In this document: positions 1-9,261 of the stretch, piece by piece | How positions within the stretch are numbered: the first letter of the stretch is position 1 | How the letters are laid out: each line of letters opens with the position of its first letter | NCBI GenBank assembly: GCA_040218735.1 | Contig: JAVJQW010000047.1 | Coordinates: 64,001-128,000, forward strand | Length of the DNA: 64,000 nucleotides | Direction: 5' to 3' | From: Deltaproteobacteria bacterium | GTDB taxonomy: Bacteria > Myxococcota > Kuafuiibacteriia > Kuafuiibacteriales > Kuafuiibacteriaceae | Position numbers and translations under genes: made by a program | The notes under the pieces: generated by a model | Databases searched by the model: none | The model's input: only the letters and a program-made list of their open reading frames with translations | What the model was told of the DNA's origin: nothing

Positions 1-1744
1 GTTCGAGATGAAGCGACGCGACGCTGTCGTGGCCGATCGACGTCGGGTCCGACGCATCGTGGAGGTACTGCACGTACGTCTTCGCTTCGGTGTCGGCGCG
101 GATGAGGCCCGCCCGCTCCGTGGCCAACCAGATCGTGTTGGGCGTCGAAGGATCCAACACCGCCATGTACAGGTGCGTCGCCGGCAGCGGGTTGTCGTCG
201 TAGGGGTCGTTCGTCCAGGCCGTGAAGGTCGCGCTCTTCGCGTCCATCTTCACGAGCCCCCCGCCCCACGTCGCGAGCCACAACGTCCCGTCCGGCTCGG
301 AGGTGATCCAGTCGATGCGCGCCGCGCCCGGACCGAGCGGGGGATCGACCTTCGTGTAGACGACGGCGCGATCGTTCGACGGATCGATGCGCACCAGTCC
401 CGTCCCCTCGACGTCCGCCCATATGAAACCGCTGGCGTCTCGGTGTACGGCGGCGATCGCACGCGTCAGCGGGACGGCGCCGTCGTCGGTGCGCACCGTC
501 TTGTACCGCGTCCGTGTGTTCGCGCGACGGTCGACGCGGTACAGCCCGTGCTCGTACGACCCGGTCCACAACCGCCCTTGCCGATCCTCGGCGAAGTGCT
601 GGTATTGGCTCGCGTCGGGCCGGAACGCCTTGAACCTGAGCTGCTGCTGCGAGAGCGTCGAGATGCCCGTCGCAGGTCCGCCGAACCAGTACGTGCCGGC
701 GCGGTCCTGGAAGATGACCCCCACCCACCGCGGGAACGTCACGAGCTCCGGATCGTCGATCCGCCGCACCACACGCAGCACGTCCTTGCCGTCGATCCGG
801 TTGAAGCCGACCTCGGTCCCCGCCCAGACGACGCCGTCACGATCCAGCAGCAGGTCGAGCACGTTGTCGTGCGTGATGCGGCGCGGCTCGGGAGCGTCGG
901 CGCGGTAGTGCACGAACCGATTCGTCTTCAGGTCCATGCGATCGAGCCCGCGGTCCCGCGTCGCGATCCACAGCGTGTCGTCGCCCTGCACGAGCAGGCG
1001 CGCCAGCGCGTTCGAGGCGAGGCTGCTCGGGAGCGCCGGGTCCGTGGTGTGCAGCTCGATCGTTCGTTGCTTCGGGTCGTAGACGGCGAGCCCATCCGCG
1101 AACGTCGCGAGGTAGAGGCGGCCTTCCGCGTCGAAGGCGAGATCGACGGCCGGCGAGCCGAGCGCGTCCGGCGTGAGGATGTGCGTGGCGCGACCGGTCG
1201 CGGTGTCGAGGCGATCGACGTGACCGTCCGACATCGCGACCCACAGCAGCCCCTCGCCGTCGAAGGCCAACGCGCTGATGCCGTCGGACGCGAGCGTCGT
1301 CGGGTCTTCGTCGCGGTGGCGGAAGTGGGCGAAGCGCGAGGTCGTCGCGTCGTACTTGTTGAGGCCACCTTCTCCGGTGCCCACCCACAGCTCGCCCGAA
1401 GGGGATATGACGAGGTCCGTGACGAAGCCGTTGCTCAGCCCGTTCGGATCGTCCGGGTCGGCTCTGAAGACGTCGAACTCACTCCCGTCGTAGCGCCCGA
1501 GCCCAGTGTGTGAGCCGAACCAGATGAACCCGAGCTCGTCCTGCGCGATCGCGTAGATCGACGAGTCCCACAGGTCCGAGATGTGGGTCATCGTGAAGGG
1601 CGGATTCAGCGGACGTGTCTCGCCGACGAGCTGCCCCTTCAGGTGCGCCGACGGGGTCCCGCGACGATTCGGACGGGCGTCGATGGTCGGAGCGACGAGG
1701 AGCGCGGCGACGGCGAATGCACCCGAACGAAGCAGGGCCTGCAT
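1..1744 (-). CDS. Two-component regulator propeller (Reg_prop) sensor protein, 3' end outside window
   Basis: Manual minus-strand translation from ATG 1744: MQALLRSGAFAVAALLV...SIYAIAQDELGFIWFGSHTGLGRYDG...LSNGFVTDLVISPSGELWVGTGEGGLNKYD. Repeated beta-propeller blades typical of ligand-binding sensor kinases/cyclases; the frame runs off the left edge. Confidence 0.85.
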   Translation of the reverse strand, partial: MQALLRSGAFAVAALLVAPTIDARPNRRGTPSAHLKGQLVGETRPLNPPFTMTHISDLWDSSIYAIAQDELGFIWFGSHTGLGRYDGSEFDVFRADPDDPNGLSNGFVTDLVISPSGELWVGTGEGGLNKYDATTSRFAHFRHRDEDPTTLASDGISALAFDGEGLLWVAMSDGHVDRLDTATGRATHILTPDALGSPAVDLAFDAEGRLYLATFADGLAVYDPKQRTIELHTTDPALPSSLASNALARLLVQGDDTLWIATRDRGLDRMDLKTNRFVHYRADAPEPRRITHDNVLDLLLDRDGVVWAGTEVGFNRIDGKDVLRVVRRIDDPELVTFPRWVGVIFQDRAGTYWFGGPATGISTLSQQQLRFKAFRPDASQYQHFAEDRQGRLWTGSYEHGLYRVDRRANTRTRYKTVRTDDGAVPLTRAIAAVHRDASGFIWADVEGTGLVRIDPSNDRAVVYTKVDPPLGPGAARIDWITSEPDGTLWLATWGGGLVKMDAKSATFTAWTNDPYDDNPLPATHLYMAVLDPSTPNTIWLATERAGLIRADTEAKTYVQYLHDASDPTSIGHDSVASLHLE

Positions 1745-1851
1745 GCGTGCGTCATGCTGACACAAGGCCGGGACCATGGAAACGAACGCACCGACTCGTG
1801 GCCTTCGACGACTTGGCCGTGAACGGGGAGCGCTGCTAGCGTGGATACGTC

Positions 1852-2358
1852 ATGCGGGTTCACTTCGGTCTGGGGGCGCTCGCGATCGTCGCAGCGTGCG
1901 GCGGCGCGGACGTGTCGTCCGACGACGACGGCCCCGTCGTGCTGCCGCTGAGCAACTGCGACGACCGCACGGACGTCCCCGACGTCGAGACCACGCAGAT
2001 GGGTCATTTCCGCGACGACGGTTTCCACGCGCTCGAAGACGAGGAGCGCATTCCCGTGGAGTGGGGGCTGCAAGGCGGCACACACGTCGAGATGGACGTT
2101 TCGTTCTACGCCGAGGACGGACGCGCGTGGCGGCACCACTTCGTGCTGGAGCGCGAGGACGGCACGTTCCTGGGGGACGGCATCATCCACGCCGCGAACT
2201 GCGTCCCGGGCTGGACGGCCAACAAACGGAACTTCATCCTCGTCCGAACCTCGACGTCCGGTCCCGCGATTCTCAAACTGTCCACCGAGCTGTGGGAGGA
2301 CGACGCGATGGTGCGCGCGCTGAGCACCGAGCGTTCGATCGTCCTCTACGAGGAGTGA
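1852..2358 (+). CDS. Hypothetical lipoprotein
   Basis: Signal peptide with lipobox VAAC; WGLQGGTH motif; typical codon usage. Confidence 0.7.
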   Translation: MRVHFGLGALAIVAACGGADVSSDDDGPVVLPLSNCDDRTDVPDVETTQMGHFRDDGFHALEDEERIPVEWGLQGGTHVEMDVSFYAEDGRAWRHHFVLEREDGTFLGDGIIHAANCVPGWTANKRNFILVRTSTSGPAILKLSTELWEDDAMVRALSTERSIVLYEE

Positions 2359-2389
2359 GCCCAACTTGTTTGGGCTGCCGGGTCGTGGC

Positions 2390-2758
2390 ATGAGGCCGTT
2401 CATGCACGTTCGTCGATGGTTCGGTTCTGCCGTGGTCGCGGCTCTCCTCGCGAGCTGCAGCGGGCCGGGCGGGTCGGTCGAGGAGTGCATCGGCAGCTAC
2501 TCCGGGACCTACGCGGGCGACGCGTCGGGCACGATCTCGGCGACGCTCGACATGGACCGGGAGCTCGAGGTCTCGCTCGTGTCGAGCGACGGCGACGAGA
2601 CGACCGCGGACTTCACGGTCACGTCGTCGAACACGCTGTCGCGCGATCGCGGACGACTGGATCTGAGCGGGACGTTCGACGAGGGCGCGTGCTCGATCTC
2701 GGGGGACTGGACGCTGTCGAGCGAGTCGGGGACGTACAGCCTCGAGAAGGTCGAGTGA
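2390..2758 (+). CDS. Hypothetical small lipoprotein
   Basis: Lipobox LASC then a Ser/Gly/Thr-rich beta domain; start could be 2390 or 2402. Confidence 0.65.
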   Translation: MRPFMHVRRWFGSAVVAALLASCSGPGGSVEECIGSYSGTYAGDASGTISATLDMDRELEVSLVSSDGDETTADFTVTSSNTLSRDRGRLDLSGTFDEGACSISGDWTLSSESGTYSLEKVE

Positions 2759-2761
2759 GCA

Positions 2762-3809
2762 TCACTTCCTCGCTTCGAGGATGATGTTGAACGGCGTCTC
2801 GGCGGCGCGACGGAACTTCGATGAAGCCGGCGTCTTCGAACACCTCGCGCAGCCGCGCTTCGCCCGCCTGGGCGCCGAGCCCGAGGCCGACCTCCTGCGA
2901 CAGCGAGTTCGGCGTGCAGATGAACGTCGAGCACCCGTAGAAGAGTCGGCCGACCGGGTTCAGGTTGTCGTCGAGTGTGTCGCCCGCGATCGGCTCGACG
3001 AGCAGCACCGCGCCGTCGTCGGCGAGCGCCTGGTGCGCGTGCTTCGCGGCGCCGACCGGATCGCCGAGATCGTGCAGGCAGTCGAAGAAGCAGATCAGAT
3101 CGTAGTCGCTCCCGTCGTAGCTCTTGGCGCTGGCCTCCGCGAAGGTGACTCGGTCCGACACCCCGGCGTCACCCGCGCGCGCCTTCGCCGCTTCGACGGA
3201 GGGCGCGTGGAAGTCGAAGCCGAAGAACTTCGAGCTCGGGAACGCTTCCGCCATGACGATCGTCGACGCGCCGTGCCCGCAGCCGATGTCGGCGACCTTA
3301 CCGCCCGCGCGGAGCTTCGACTCGACGCCATCGAGCGCGGGGAGCCACGCCTGAACGAGGTTGTTCTTGTAGCCGGGGCGGAAGAAGCGTTCGACACCCT
3401 GGAAGAGGCACGGGTGATGCTCCCCCCAGCCAAGCGCGCCGTCACCGCGCATCGCCTTCACGACCTTGTCCTTGTCCATGAACATCGCGGCGAGGGTCCC
3501 GAGGCCGCCCGCGACGAACACCGGAGAGTCTTCGACCGCGAGCGCGAGCGCCTGCTCGGGCGGAAGGCGGAACTTTCCGTCGTCGTGCTCGACGTACCCC
3601 GCGGCGGCCATCGTGGAGAGCCACTCGAGGACGAGGCGTTCGTTGCAACCCGTCTTGCTCGCGAGCTCCTCGGCCGTGACCGGCTCGTTGTCCGCCATGG
3701 CCTTGAACAGCCCGACCTCGTCGCCGACGAGGATACTGGCGACCATAGCGGCGCCTCCCATGTCGGTCACGAGCTTCCCCATGAAGTCCATCAGCTTGCC
3801 TTCGTCCAT
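2762..3809 (-). CDS. Class I SAM-dependent methyltransferase with N-terminal wHTH (Rv2258c-like), apparent 1-bp frameshift near 2822
   Basis: VADIGCGHG motif I, FDCLHD, LGLGAQAG. The expected C-terminus SKFRRAAETPFNIILEARK* (stop 2762-2764) lies in another frame after ...EDAGF. Confidence 0.85.
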
Positions 3810-3939
3810 GGGGTGGGCCGTTAGCTCGGGGCTTGGGGACCGTCAATGTGAGCGGGGCGGTGATACCGACGCGGCGGCGTGCACCTGAGCGCACGTGCGC
3901 GTGATGGTCCGAGCGCGACGAGCATGCAAAAAGACACAC

Positions 3940-4812
3940 GTGGAGATCGACCACGAGGCGCTCGCGTCCGCCATCGCGACGAAGCTCGGTATCGAAGAAA
4001 CGCCGGTGCGGTACAAGACCGGGTCCGTGCCCGTGTTCCGCTTCGGCGAGCGGGTGTTGAAGCTCTTTCGACCGAACGAGGAACGCTACATCGCGACCGA
4101 GCTCGCCGTGCTTCGAAGGCTGCATGGCCGCATCACGATCCCCACTCCCGAGGCCCTCGACACCGGCACGTTCGACGAATGGCACTACCTGCTGATGCGT
4201 CGAGTGGAAGGTGACCCGCTCGACGAGATCTGGTCCGACATCGATCCGCGGAGCCGCGTCGCGCTCATGCGTTCGCTCGGCGAGAGCATGGCGCAGTTCC
4301 ACGCGGTGCCGACCGACGATCTCGACGACGTCGCGAGTGACTGGCCCGCGTTCCTCGCCGAGTACCGACCGACCGTACGCAAGAAGCACCTCGACAAAGG
4401 CCTCGCCGAGCGGTGGGCGGACCAGCTCGATGCGTTCGTCGAACGCTGGTACGTCGAGGACGACCGACGCGCGCTGCTGCACACCGAGGTCATGCGACAG
4501 CACGTCATGGCCCAGCGCGACGCGGACGGCTGGCGACTGTCCGGCATCGTCGACTACGAGCCGTCGATGGTCGCGCCGCCGGACTACGAGCTCGCGTCGG
4601 TCGGCGTCTTCACGACCTGCGGAGAGCCGGGCCTCCTCGCCGCGTACCTCGAAGGCTACGGCACGCCGTGGGATGAATCGTTCCCCAACCGAATCATGGC
4701 GCAAGCCATCTTGCATCGCTACGGGAACCTGAAGTGGTACCTCGAACGCCTCGGCGACGCCGACGGCGCGACGACGCTCGAGGCGCTCGCCGCCGACTGG
4801 TTCAAACCGTAG
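3940..4812 (+). CDS. Aminoglycoside phosphotransferase / choline kinase family protein
   Basis: VLKLF, LLHTEVMRQH (variant Brenner motif), GIVDYEP; probable GTG start at 3940. Confidence 0.8.
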   Translation: MEIDHEALASAIATKLGIEETPVRYKTGSVPVFRFGERVLKLFRPNEERYIATELAVLRRLHGRITIPTPEALDTGTFDEWHYLLMRRVEGDPLDEIWSDIDPRSRVALMRSLGESMAQFHAVPTDDLDDVASDWPAFLAEYRPTVRKKHLDKGLAERWADQLDAFVERWYVEDDRRALLHTEVMRQHVMAQRDADGWRLSGIVDYEPSMVAPPDYELASVGVFTTCGEPGLLAAYLEGYGTPWDESFPNRIMAQAILHRYGNLKWYLERLGDADGATTLEALAADWFKP

Positions 4813-6034
4813 CGGGGCGACGGATCCGTACGAGGCGCTCCGCGGGCGGGATTGGATCCGGAGCGTCGAACGACTCCTCGACGATCTCGAACCGGCCGTG
4901 GTCGAAGGGCCGCCCGGGCGCGCGCGCGACCGGGACGAGGCGCTCACGCCGCCCGAGCTTCGCGAGCTGTCGCGCGCGGTAGTGACAGAACGGATTGTTG
5001 CCGGGGCGCCCGAGAATCGCGTGCGCCGTGAACGTGCAACCTCCCTTGCAAACCTCGGCGAAGTCACAGGTACGGCAGAAGCCGTCGAGGTCATCGACCG
5101 AGCGACGGGTGTTGAAGGTCAGCCGGGTGCTCGCCCAGATCTCGGCCAACGATTCCGTGCGGAGGTTGCCGCCGACGTAGTCCGCGCTCTGCAGGGACGG
5201 ACAGCCCTTCACGTCGCCATTCGACTCGATGCCGAGCACGAACATCCCCGCCTGGCACCCCGACCAGTGATCGCGCCCCGTCGAATCGAGCGAACGGAGC
5301 AACGCCTCCTCCGGCCCGAAGTACCCGAGGTTATTGCCGGGCATGATGCGAACGCCATCTTCGAACGCGCGCGCCTTCAGCGACGCGACGCGCGGCAGGA
5401 CGTCGAGGAGATCCCACGGCTGGAGCAACAGGTCCGGACGATCCGCGGCACGCCCCAGCGGCGCCGTGATCTGAATCTGCCAAGCGACGATCCCCGCGGC
5501 GCGCAGCGCGTCGTAGAGCGGCTCGAGATCGGCGCGGTTGAGGCGATTCACGTTGATGTTGGACGCGACCGTGATCCCCGCGGCGCGCAGCGCACGCAGC
5601 GCCGAAAACGCCGCCGCGTAGGAACCGGGTCGACTCCGCATCCGATCGTGCGTCGCCTCCAGACCATCGATGCTCACCGACACCGAGTGCATCCCGGCCT
5701 CGGCCATCGCCGCAGCGAGCTCGGGCGTGATGCCGAGGCCGCCGGTCGTCATCGTCGGCCGAATACCGGCCTCCGCGAGCGCCGCGACGATGTCCAAGAA
5801 ACCTTCGTGGAGGTAGGCCTCACCGCCGATCAACACGACCTCGCGCGCACCCATCTCGGCGAGCTGCCGAACGACGTCGAGCGCCTCGTCGGTCGTCAGC
5901 TCGCCCTCGCGAGCGCGCATCGCACGCGAGCCGCAGTGCGTGCAGGCGTGGTCACACGCGAGCGTGAGCTCCCAGACCACGTAGGCGGGGTGCCGCTCGC
6001 GGACGACGTTCAATCGGCGGTGAGACACGGCCAT
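4802..6034 (-). CDS. Radical SAM/SPASM peptide maturase, TIGR03913/PlpX (splicease)-like
   Basis: VWELTLACDHACTHCGSRA (CxxxCxxC), GGEAY, GNNLGYFGPEE, WSGCQAG...GIESNGDVKGCPSL, SPASM CRTCDFAEVCKGGC...PGNNPFCHYR. ATG 6034 overlaps the upstream TAA. Confidence 0.9.
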   Translation of the reverse strand: MAVSHRRLNVVRERHPAYVVWELTLACDHACTHCGSRAMRAREGELTTDEALDVVRQLAEMGAREVVLIGGEAYLHEGFLDIVAALAEAGIRPTMTTGGLGITPELAAAMAEAGMHSVSVSIDGLEATHDRMRSRPGSYAAAFSALRALRAAGITVASNINVNRLNRADLEPLYDALRAAGIVAWQIQITAPLGRAADRPDLLLQPWDLLDVLPRVASLKARAFEDGVRIMPGNNLGYFGPEEALLRSLDSTGRDHWSGCQAGMFVLGIESNGDVKGCPSLQSADYVGGNLRTESLAEIWASTRLTFNTRRSVDDLDGFCRTCDFAEVCKGGCTFTAHAILGRPGNNPFCHYRARQLAKLGRRERLVPVARAPGRPFDHGRFEIVEESFDAPDPIPPAERLVRIRRPATV

Positions 6035-6420
6035 TACTCCTTCACGCCGTCGACGCCGTCGCAGTTCTGGTCGACCTCGTCGCCTTCGGGATCGTCGGCC
6101 GTGGGATAGACCATCGGATCCATGTCGGCGCAGTCGTCGGGCGTGCAGAAGCCGTCTTCGTCGAGGTCTTCTTCGCCGTCCGGGCACACCGCCGCGGCGA
6201 CGCAGTACGGATCTTCGGTGTCGTCGGGATCGCAGGGCGGGAGGCCGTAGCAGGCCATCAAGGTCATCGCGAGGAGGCCGCCGGTGCCGAGGCCCATGAC
6301 CCGGCGAGCGAGGCGCGGGAGCACGCGGGAGGCGACCGGCGTCGGCGCGCAGTTCGGGCACGCGGCGAGGTGAACAGGGATGAAGCCGTTGCAGTCGGAG
6401 CAGGAGGAGAGGTTCGTCAT
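6034..6420 (-). CDS. Cys-rich lipoprotein with LMAC-YG motif; putative radical SAM substrate
   Basis: N-terminal CSDC...CPNC, hydrophobic stretch, LMAC|YG (C57-Y58-G59), then a DC..D..VYP.A.D...D.VDQNCDG putative metal-binding motif; TAATG coupling to the rSAM. Confidence 0.8.
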   Translation of the reverse strand: MTNLSSCSDCNGFIPVHLAACPNCAPTPVASRVLPRLARRVMGLGTGGLLAMTLMACYGLPPCDPDDTEDPYCVAAAVCPDGEEDLDEDGFCTPDDCADMDPMVYPTADDPEGDEVDQNCDGVDGVKE

Positions 6421-6433
6421 GCGCGTTGCCCAA

Positions 6434-6449
6434 CGCAACGACCGGGCCA
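6434..6449 (-). promoter_or_regulatory. Putative sigma54 -24/-12 promoter (TGGCCCG-GTCG-TTGCG)
   Basis: GG-N10-GC spacing matches the consensus TGGCACG-N4-TTGC; predicted start about 6423, just before ATG 6420. Confidence 0.6.
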
Positions 6450-6597
6450 ACACCAACGGACGTGCCTCGGCGAGCGCCCAACGGGGCAGCGCTGTCGTAC
6501 AGCGGTGTGCCGTAGATTCACAGCGCTACCGTCGTTCCAGAGACGGACGGATCCGCGGCGTTTGTCGAGGCGCTGCGGCACGCGTTGTTCTAGGCGC

Positions 6598-7506
6598 GTG
6601 ACCTCGACGCGCACCTCGTGGGCCCGCCGCATCGTCCGCGTCCTCCCGTACGTCCTGACCATCGCGGTGATCGCGACGCTCCTGTCGCGGTACGAATGGG
6701 CGTCGATTTCTGCGGCGATCGCGGAGGGGAACGTCGCCGGCCTCTTCCCGATCGCGTTCGTCCAGATGCTCGTGAGTCTGGCGTTGATCAGCGTCGCGGA
6801 CCGCACCGTGCTCGCCGAGCTCTACCCCGCGCCGCGCGTTACGGACGTCGCCATCGCGAAGGCCGCGTCGTCGCTGCTCGACATCCTCGGCTACGCGATC
6901 GGCCACGGCGGGTACGCGCTGTGGATCGCACGCGGGTGCTCCGAACGCCGCGACGGCGTCGGCGCGACGGGCGCCCTGCTCTACCTCATGGCGAGTGACC
7001 TCCTCGGCGTGACGCTCGTCGCGACCGGTGCGCTCGTCCTGACCGACGCCACCGCGCCCGAACCGCTCCGGATCGCGGCGCCGGCCATCGCGGGTGCGCT
7101 CGGCTTCACCTGGATCCTGGGCTGGTTCGGTCGGGGTCGGGGGCCGCGTGTGCTGTGGGCCTGGCGCGTCGTACGCCCCGGCGCGGCCGGGATCCAGCTC
7201 GCGCTCCGCGTGACGCAGATGGTGATGTTCTCGGCGTTCGGGTGCATCGCCGCGCGGTGGTTCGGCATCGACCTGCCCTGGTCGGCGGCGCTGACGTACG
7301 TGCCGATCATCCTCCTGGTCGGCGCGCTGCCCATCAACGTCGCCGGGTTCGGCGCGGTGCAGGCGGCGTGGCTGCTGCTCGTCCCGTGGGCGCCGGCCGA
7401 GCGCATCCTCGCGTTCCAGCTCGTGTGGACCGTGGCGACGACCGCGGCGATCGCGGTCCGCGGGCTCCCCTTCCTCGGACGCTGGACCGCGATGATCGCG
7501 CGCTGA
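6598..7506 (+). CDS. Multi-pass membrane protein, lysylphosphatidylglycerol synthase TM / flippase-like (UPF0104)
   Basis: About 8 hydrophobic segments; LPINVAGFGAVQAAW matches the family P..GxG motif; start approximate. Confidence 0.7.
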   Translation: MTSTRTSWARRIVRVLPYVLTIAVIATLLSRYEWASISAAIAEGNVAGLFPIAFVQMLVSLALISVADRTVLAELYPAPRVTDVAIAKAASSLLDILGYAIGHGGYALWIARGCSERRDGVGATGALLYLMASDLLGVTLVATGALVLTDATAPEPLRIAAPAIAGALGFTWILGWFGRGRGPRVLWAWRVVRPGAAGIQLALRVTQMVMFSAFGCIAARWFGIDLPWSAALTYVPIILLVGALPINVAGFGAVQAAWLLLVPWAPAERILAFQLVWTVATTAAIAVRGLPFLGRWTAMIAR

Positions 7507-7812
7507 TGTTCAGCCTCGACCCGAACGGCGTTCGAAGATCGGCGAGAAAACGAGGGTGATCACGCAGTCGAAGCGTCGGAGGATGAAACCGCAGCACGTA
7601 CACTCGGCGCCGCTGCGGCGACATGTACGGAAAGAACCCTGACAACGAACGCATCGCGCCACCGAAAACCTCATCAGCTCATTGGAGGGGGGAGCTCGAG
7701 GACGAGCTCGGCGAGCCAGGAGGCCAGCACCCCCACCCTGCGAACGCTCGCGCAGAGGACTGCGCAGCGTTCGGCGATAATCACCCGCCCTCGCCCATCC
7801 TGTACTAGCATC

Positions 7813-9261
7813 GTGGGAGTGCGTGCGAGTTCGGCGATGGCCGCGAGCCTCTGGGTGCTCGCGAGCCTCGGCTCCGGGTGCCGCCTCAACCCGGACTGCT
7901 TCGGTGAGAACGAATGTGCCAAGGGCCTCGTCTGCGCCCAAGGCGAGTGCACCCACCCCTCACTGCTGCTACCCGAAGCCGGGGTCGACGGCGAGAACGA
8001 CGGCGGCGGCGGCACCACGACCGCGACGTGGTGCGACGTGGAGCCGATCGTCCTGCGGCGCTGCCTCCCCTGCCACAACAACCCCACGTCCAACGGCGCG
8101 CCGGTCTCCCTCGTCGACTACGCCAACACGCAAATGACCGGCACCGGCGGGCTGCTGACCTACGAGACCATGGCGCTCCGCATGGGATCGTCCGTGAGCC
8201 CCATGCCCCCCGCCGTCGCGCCGCCCGCGACCGCGGAGGAGATCGCGATCGTGCAGGCGTGGGCCGACGCCAACGCGCCCGACTGTGCGAACCGCCCGCG
8301 CGACGCCGGTGTGCCGCGCGACGCAGGTGTCGAACCGCCGCGTGACGCCGGACCGCCACGCGACGCCGGGCCGCCGCGCGACGCGGGACCGATGCGCGAC
8401 GCCGGGCCGATCGACCCGCTCTCCGTGATGGGCAACGCCGCCCAGATCGCGCAGATGCAGTTCCTGGACAACGCCGCGGGCGCCGTCTGGTACCCGACGG
8501 ACCAGGTGATGCTGTTCGCGGATCCTCCGCAGAACCTGATCTTCCAAGCGGCCCCGCCGCTGTTCGAGTTCGCGAACTTCCGCACCGGCTCGATGTCGTC
8601 GAACGGGATGGACATCGACCCGGACGGCAACCTGATCGTCACGGAGCTCACCGGGCGCCGCATCGCGCGCCGCGAGGGCGTCGTCTACACGACCGTCGTC
8701 GACAACTACCAGGGGATGCGTCTCAACTCGCCGAACGACGTCGCGGTCCGGTCGGACGGCGTCATCTACTTCACCGACACGCCGTTCGGGACACCCAACC
8801 CCGCCGACCGCGAGATTCCATTCAATGGCGTCTACAGCTACGTGCCGACGGCCACCACCGCGGCGCTCCGCCTCGAGTACCAGGGTGCGTTCAACGCTTC
8901 GACGCCGACCGGCTGCGAGCTGTCGCCCAACGAGGACATCCTGTACGTCACGGACTTCTCGAACGGCGCGTTCTACACGTTCGACGTGCTCCCCAACGGG
9001 CGCCTCGCCAACCAGCAGACCTTCGCCAACGAGCCGCCCCCGGTGGACGGCCTCGCGGTCGACGCGTTCGGCAACATCTACTTCGGCACGTCGATCGGCG
9101 CCGTGGTCTACACCCCCGAGGGGGTCCGACTCGGCACCGTGCCGGGCGTGAATGGCGGCGTGAACCGTGTCGCGTTCGGCGGCGACGGCTATACGACGAT
9201 GTTCCTGATGTCGAGCACACGCATCTACTCGGTGCGTGTGGAGATCGAAGGCGTTCGCTGA
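7813..9261 (+). CDS. Lipoprotein: c-type heme domain + RDAG linker + SMP-30/gluconolactonase propeller
   Basis: Lipobox GSGC, CLPCH heme motif and SPMPP, (P)PRDAG repeats, SNGMDID, LNSPNDVAVRSDGVIYFTD, DGLAVDAFGNIY. Confidence 0.85.
   Translation: MGVRASSAMAASLWVLASLGSGCRLNPDCFGENECAKGLVCAQGECTHPSLLLPEAGVDGENDGGGGTTTATWCDVEPIVLRRCLPCHNNPTSNGAPVSLVDYANTQMTGTGGLLTYETMALRMGSSVSPMPPAVAPPATAEEIAIVQAWADANAPDCANRPRDAGVPRDAGVEPPRDAGPPRDAGPPRDAGPMRDAGPIDPLSVMGNAAQIAQMQFLDNAAGAVWYPTDQVMLFADPPQNLIFQAAPPLFEFANFRTGSMSSNGMDIDPDGNLIVTELTGRRIARREGVVYTTVVDNYQGMRLNSPNDVAVRSDGVIYFTDTPFGTPNPADREIPFNGVYSYVPTATTAALRLEYQGAFNASTPTGCELSPNEDILYVTDFSNGAFYTFDVLPNGRLANQQTFANEPPPVDGLAVDAFGNIYFGTSIGAVVYTPEGVRLGTVPGVNGGVNRVAFGGDGYTTMFLMSSTRIYSVRVEIEGVR

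Noticed and set aside
8-1513. 501-aa plus-strand ORF and many other long Arg/Val-rich ORFs (e.g. 40785-43661, 45114-47378, 49821-52160)
   Set aside because: Antisense or off-frame shadows of real high-GC genes; no motifs.
3940-4812. APH-like kinase as part of the splicease system or as a resistance gene
   Set aside because: Convergent orientation; family is broad and substrate cannot be inferred.
7623-7808. 61-aa intergenic ORF as a peptide gene
   Set aside because: No clear RBS, weak codon bias, no motif or maturase link.
8290-8410. CCGCGCGACGCCGG-type DNA repeats
   Set aside because: In-frame PRDAG linker common in myxobacterial lipoproteins, not a separate element.
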